NCBI GenBank assembly: GCA_022843045.1
Contig: JALHOJ010000001.1
Span: forward strand, 55,585 to 119,584
DNA: 64,000 bases
Direction: 5' to 3'
Source of the DNA: Phycisphaerales bacterium
GTDB lineage: Bacteria > Planctomycetota > Phycisphaerae > Phycisphaerales > UBA1924
The translations under genes and the position numbers were made by a program. Below are positions 63,485 to 64,000 of the stretch, in pieces (within the stretch, counting starts at the first letter, position 1; each line of letters starts with the position of its first letter). Under the pieces are notes generated by a model. That model was not told where the DNA came from and searched no databases. It was given only the letters and a program-made list of their open reading frames with translations.

Positions 63485-64000
63485 TCAGCACGACTTTGGC
63501 TGGCGGGAGTCGGCGGGCTTGGGTTCTGATTGCACCGGCGGCGTGAGCGATGCGGGTGCTGTGGCGCGCTTCTTCTCGAGGAACAGCCGCTTGGCCTCGC
63601 CCGCGATCGCGAAGGAGCCGGTGACGAGGATGATGTCGTTGCGGCCCGCGCCGGCGGCGGCGATGTTGATGGCGTCCTTGACGGTCGGGGCCTGCTGGGC
63701 CATGCAGCGGCCGACTTCCTGGTGGCGGCGGAGCAGTTCGCGTGGTTCCATCGCGCGGTCGTTGCCCGCGGCGCGGGTGAGGATCACTTTGTCGGCGCCC
63801 AGTGCGATGGATTCGAGCATGCCGCGGGCGTTTTTGTCGTCGTGACAGCCGAAGACGACGACGACGCTGTCGGGGCGGAGGTGGCTCGCGAGGGTGCGTA
63901 CGACGGCGGCGACGGATTCGGGCGTGTGCGCGCCATCGACGATCACGCGCGGGTCGTCGTGGACTTGCTCAAGCCGCCCGGCCCGCGCGGTGCGCAGCAG
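63485..64000 (-). CDS. folC: folylpolyglutamate synthase / dihydrofolate synthase, C-terminal part (5' end outside the window)
   Basis: Mur-ligase C-terminal domain ...GRLEQVHDDPRVIVDGAHTPESV...VVVFGCHDDK...ILVTGSFAIAGE. The frame is open to the window edge. Confidence 0.8.
   Translation of the reverse strand: MLRTARAGRLEQVHDDPRVIVDGAHTPESVAAVVRTLASHLRPDSVVVVFGCHDDKNARGMLESIALGADKVILTRAAGNDRAMEPRELLRRHQEVGRCMAQQAPTVKDAINIAAAGAGRNDIILVTGSFAIAGEAKRLFLEKKRATAPASLTPPVQSEPKPADSRQPKSC

Overview
High-GC bacterial chromosomal segment with strong GC3 bias. It holds about 50 protein genes, three tRNAs (Ser-UGA, Trp-CCA, Thr-GGU) and the tmRNA. All calls were made by eye from the six-frame track and the raw sequence; no searches were run. 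The protein idioms suggest Planctomycetota, possibly Phycisphaerae-like, but this is inference only: membrane Ser/Thr kinases with TPR ectodomains, an ECF sigma coupled to a kinase, an LEDRVLL-type N-terminus, and PEP-CTERM-like and dockerin-like C-terminal tags.

Layout:
- 1-15.3 kb: housekeeping and envelope genes. These are a multi-PDZ protease fragment, a galE / GT4 glycosyltransferase / HAD phosphatase / Nudix cluster, a DUF368 membrane protein, a phytase-like esterase, a SAM methyltransferase coupled to an ABC permease, thrC, and a TlpA-like redoxin that looks frameshifted.
- 15.6-34 kb: an exoprotein-rich stretch. It has two proteins with a VPAPG-TM-RRRR C-terminal sorting tag, two convergent STK-TPR kinases (one in an ATGA-overlapped operon with an ECF sigma factor), a tail-fibre-like protein with an S74 autochaperone domain, and three proteins ending in the same 71-aa Cys-rich double dockerin-like module. 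tmRNA, tRNA-Ser and kbl are interleaved.
- 34-64 kb: core genes. These are rho with an aberrant Gly/Arg-rich N-terminus, ptsI, rne, dxr, crcB, trmD, a LacI regulator, a CpcT-like lipoprotein, mscS, the nusG-secE-tRNATrp-rpmG-tuf-tRNAThr cluster, an FG-GAP protein, a degenerate subtilase homologue, marR, trpE, clpS, a 2-hydroxyacid dehydrogenase and a folC fragment.

Non-coding highlights:
- A family of long purine/pyrimidine-skewed palindromic elements lies just after stop codons.
- Many copies carry GCGGA motifs phased at about 10 nt.
- Long G-run tracts lie on the sense strand of the rho and nusG leaders.

No transposase, integrase, CRISPR array or prophage genes were seen.
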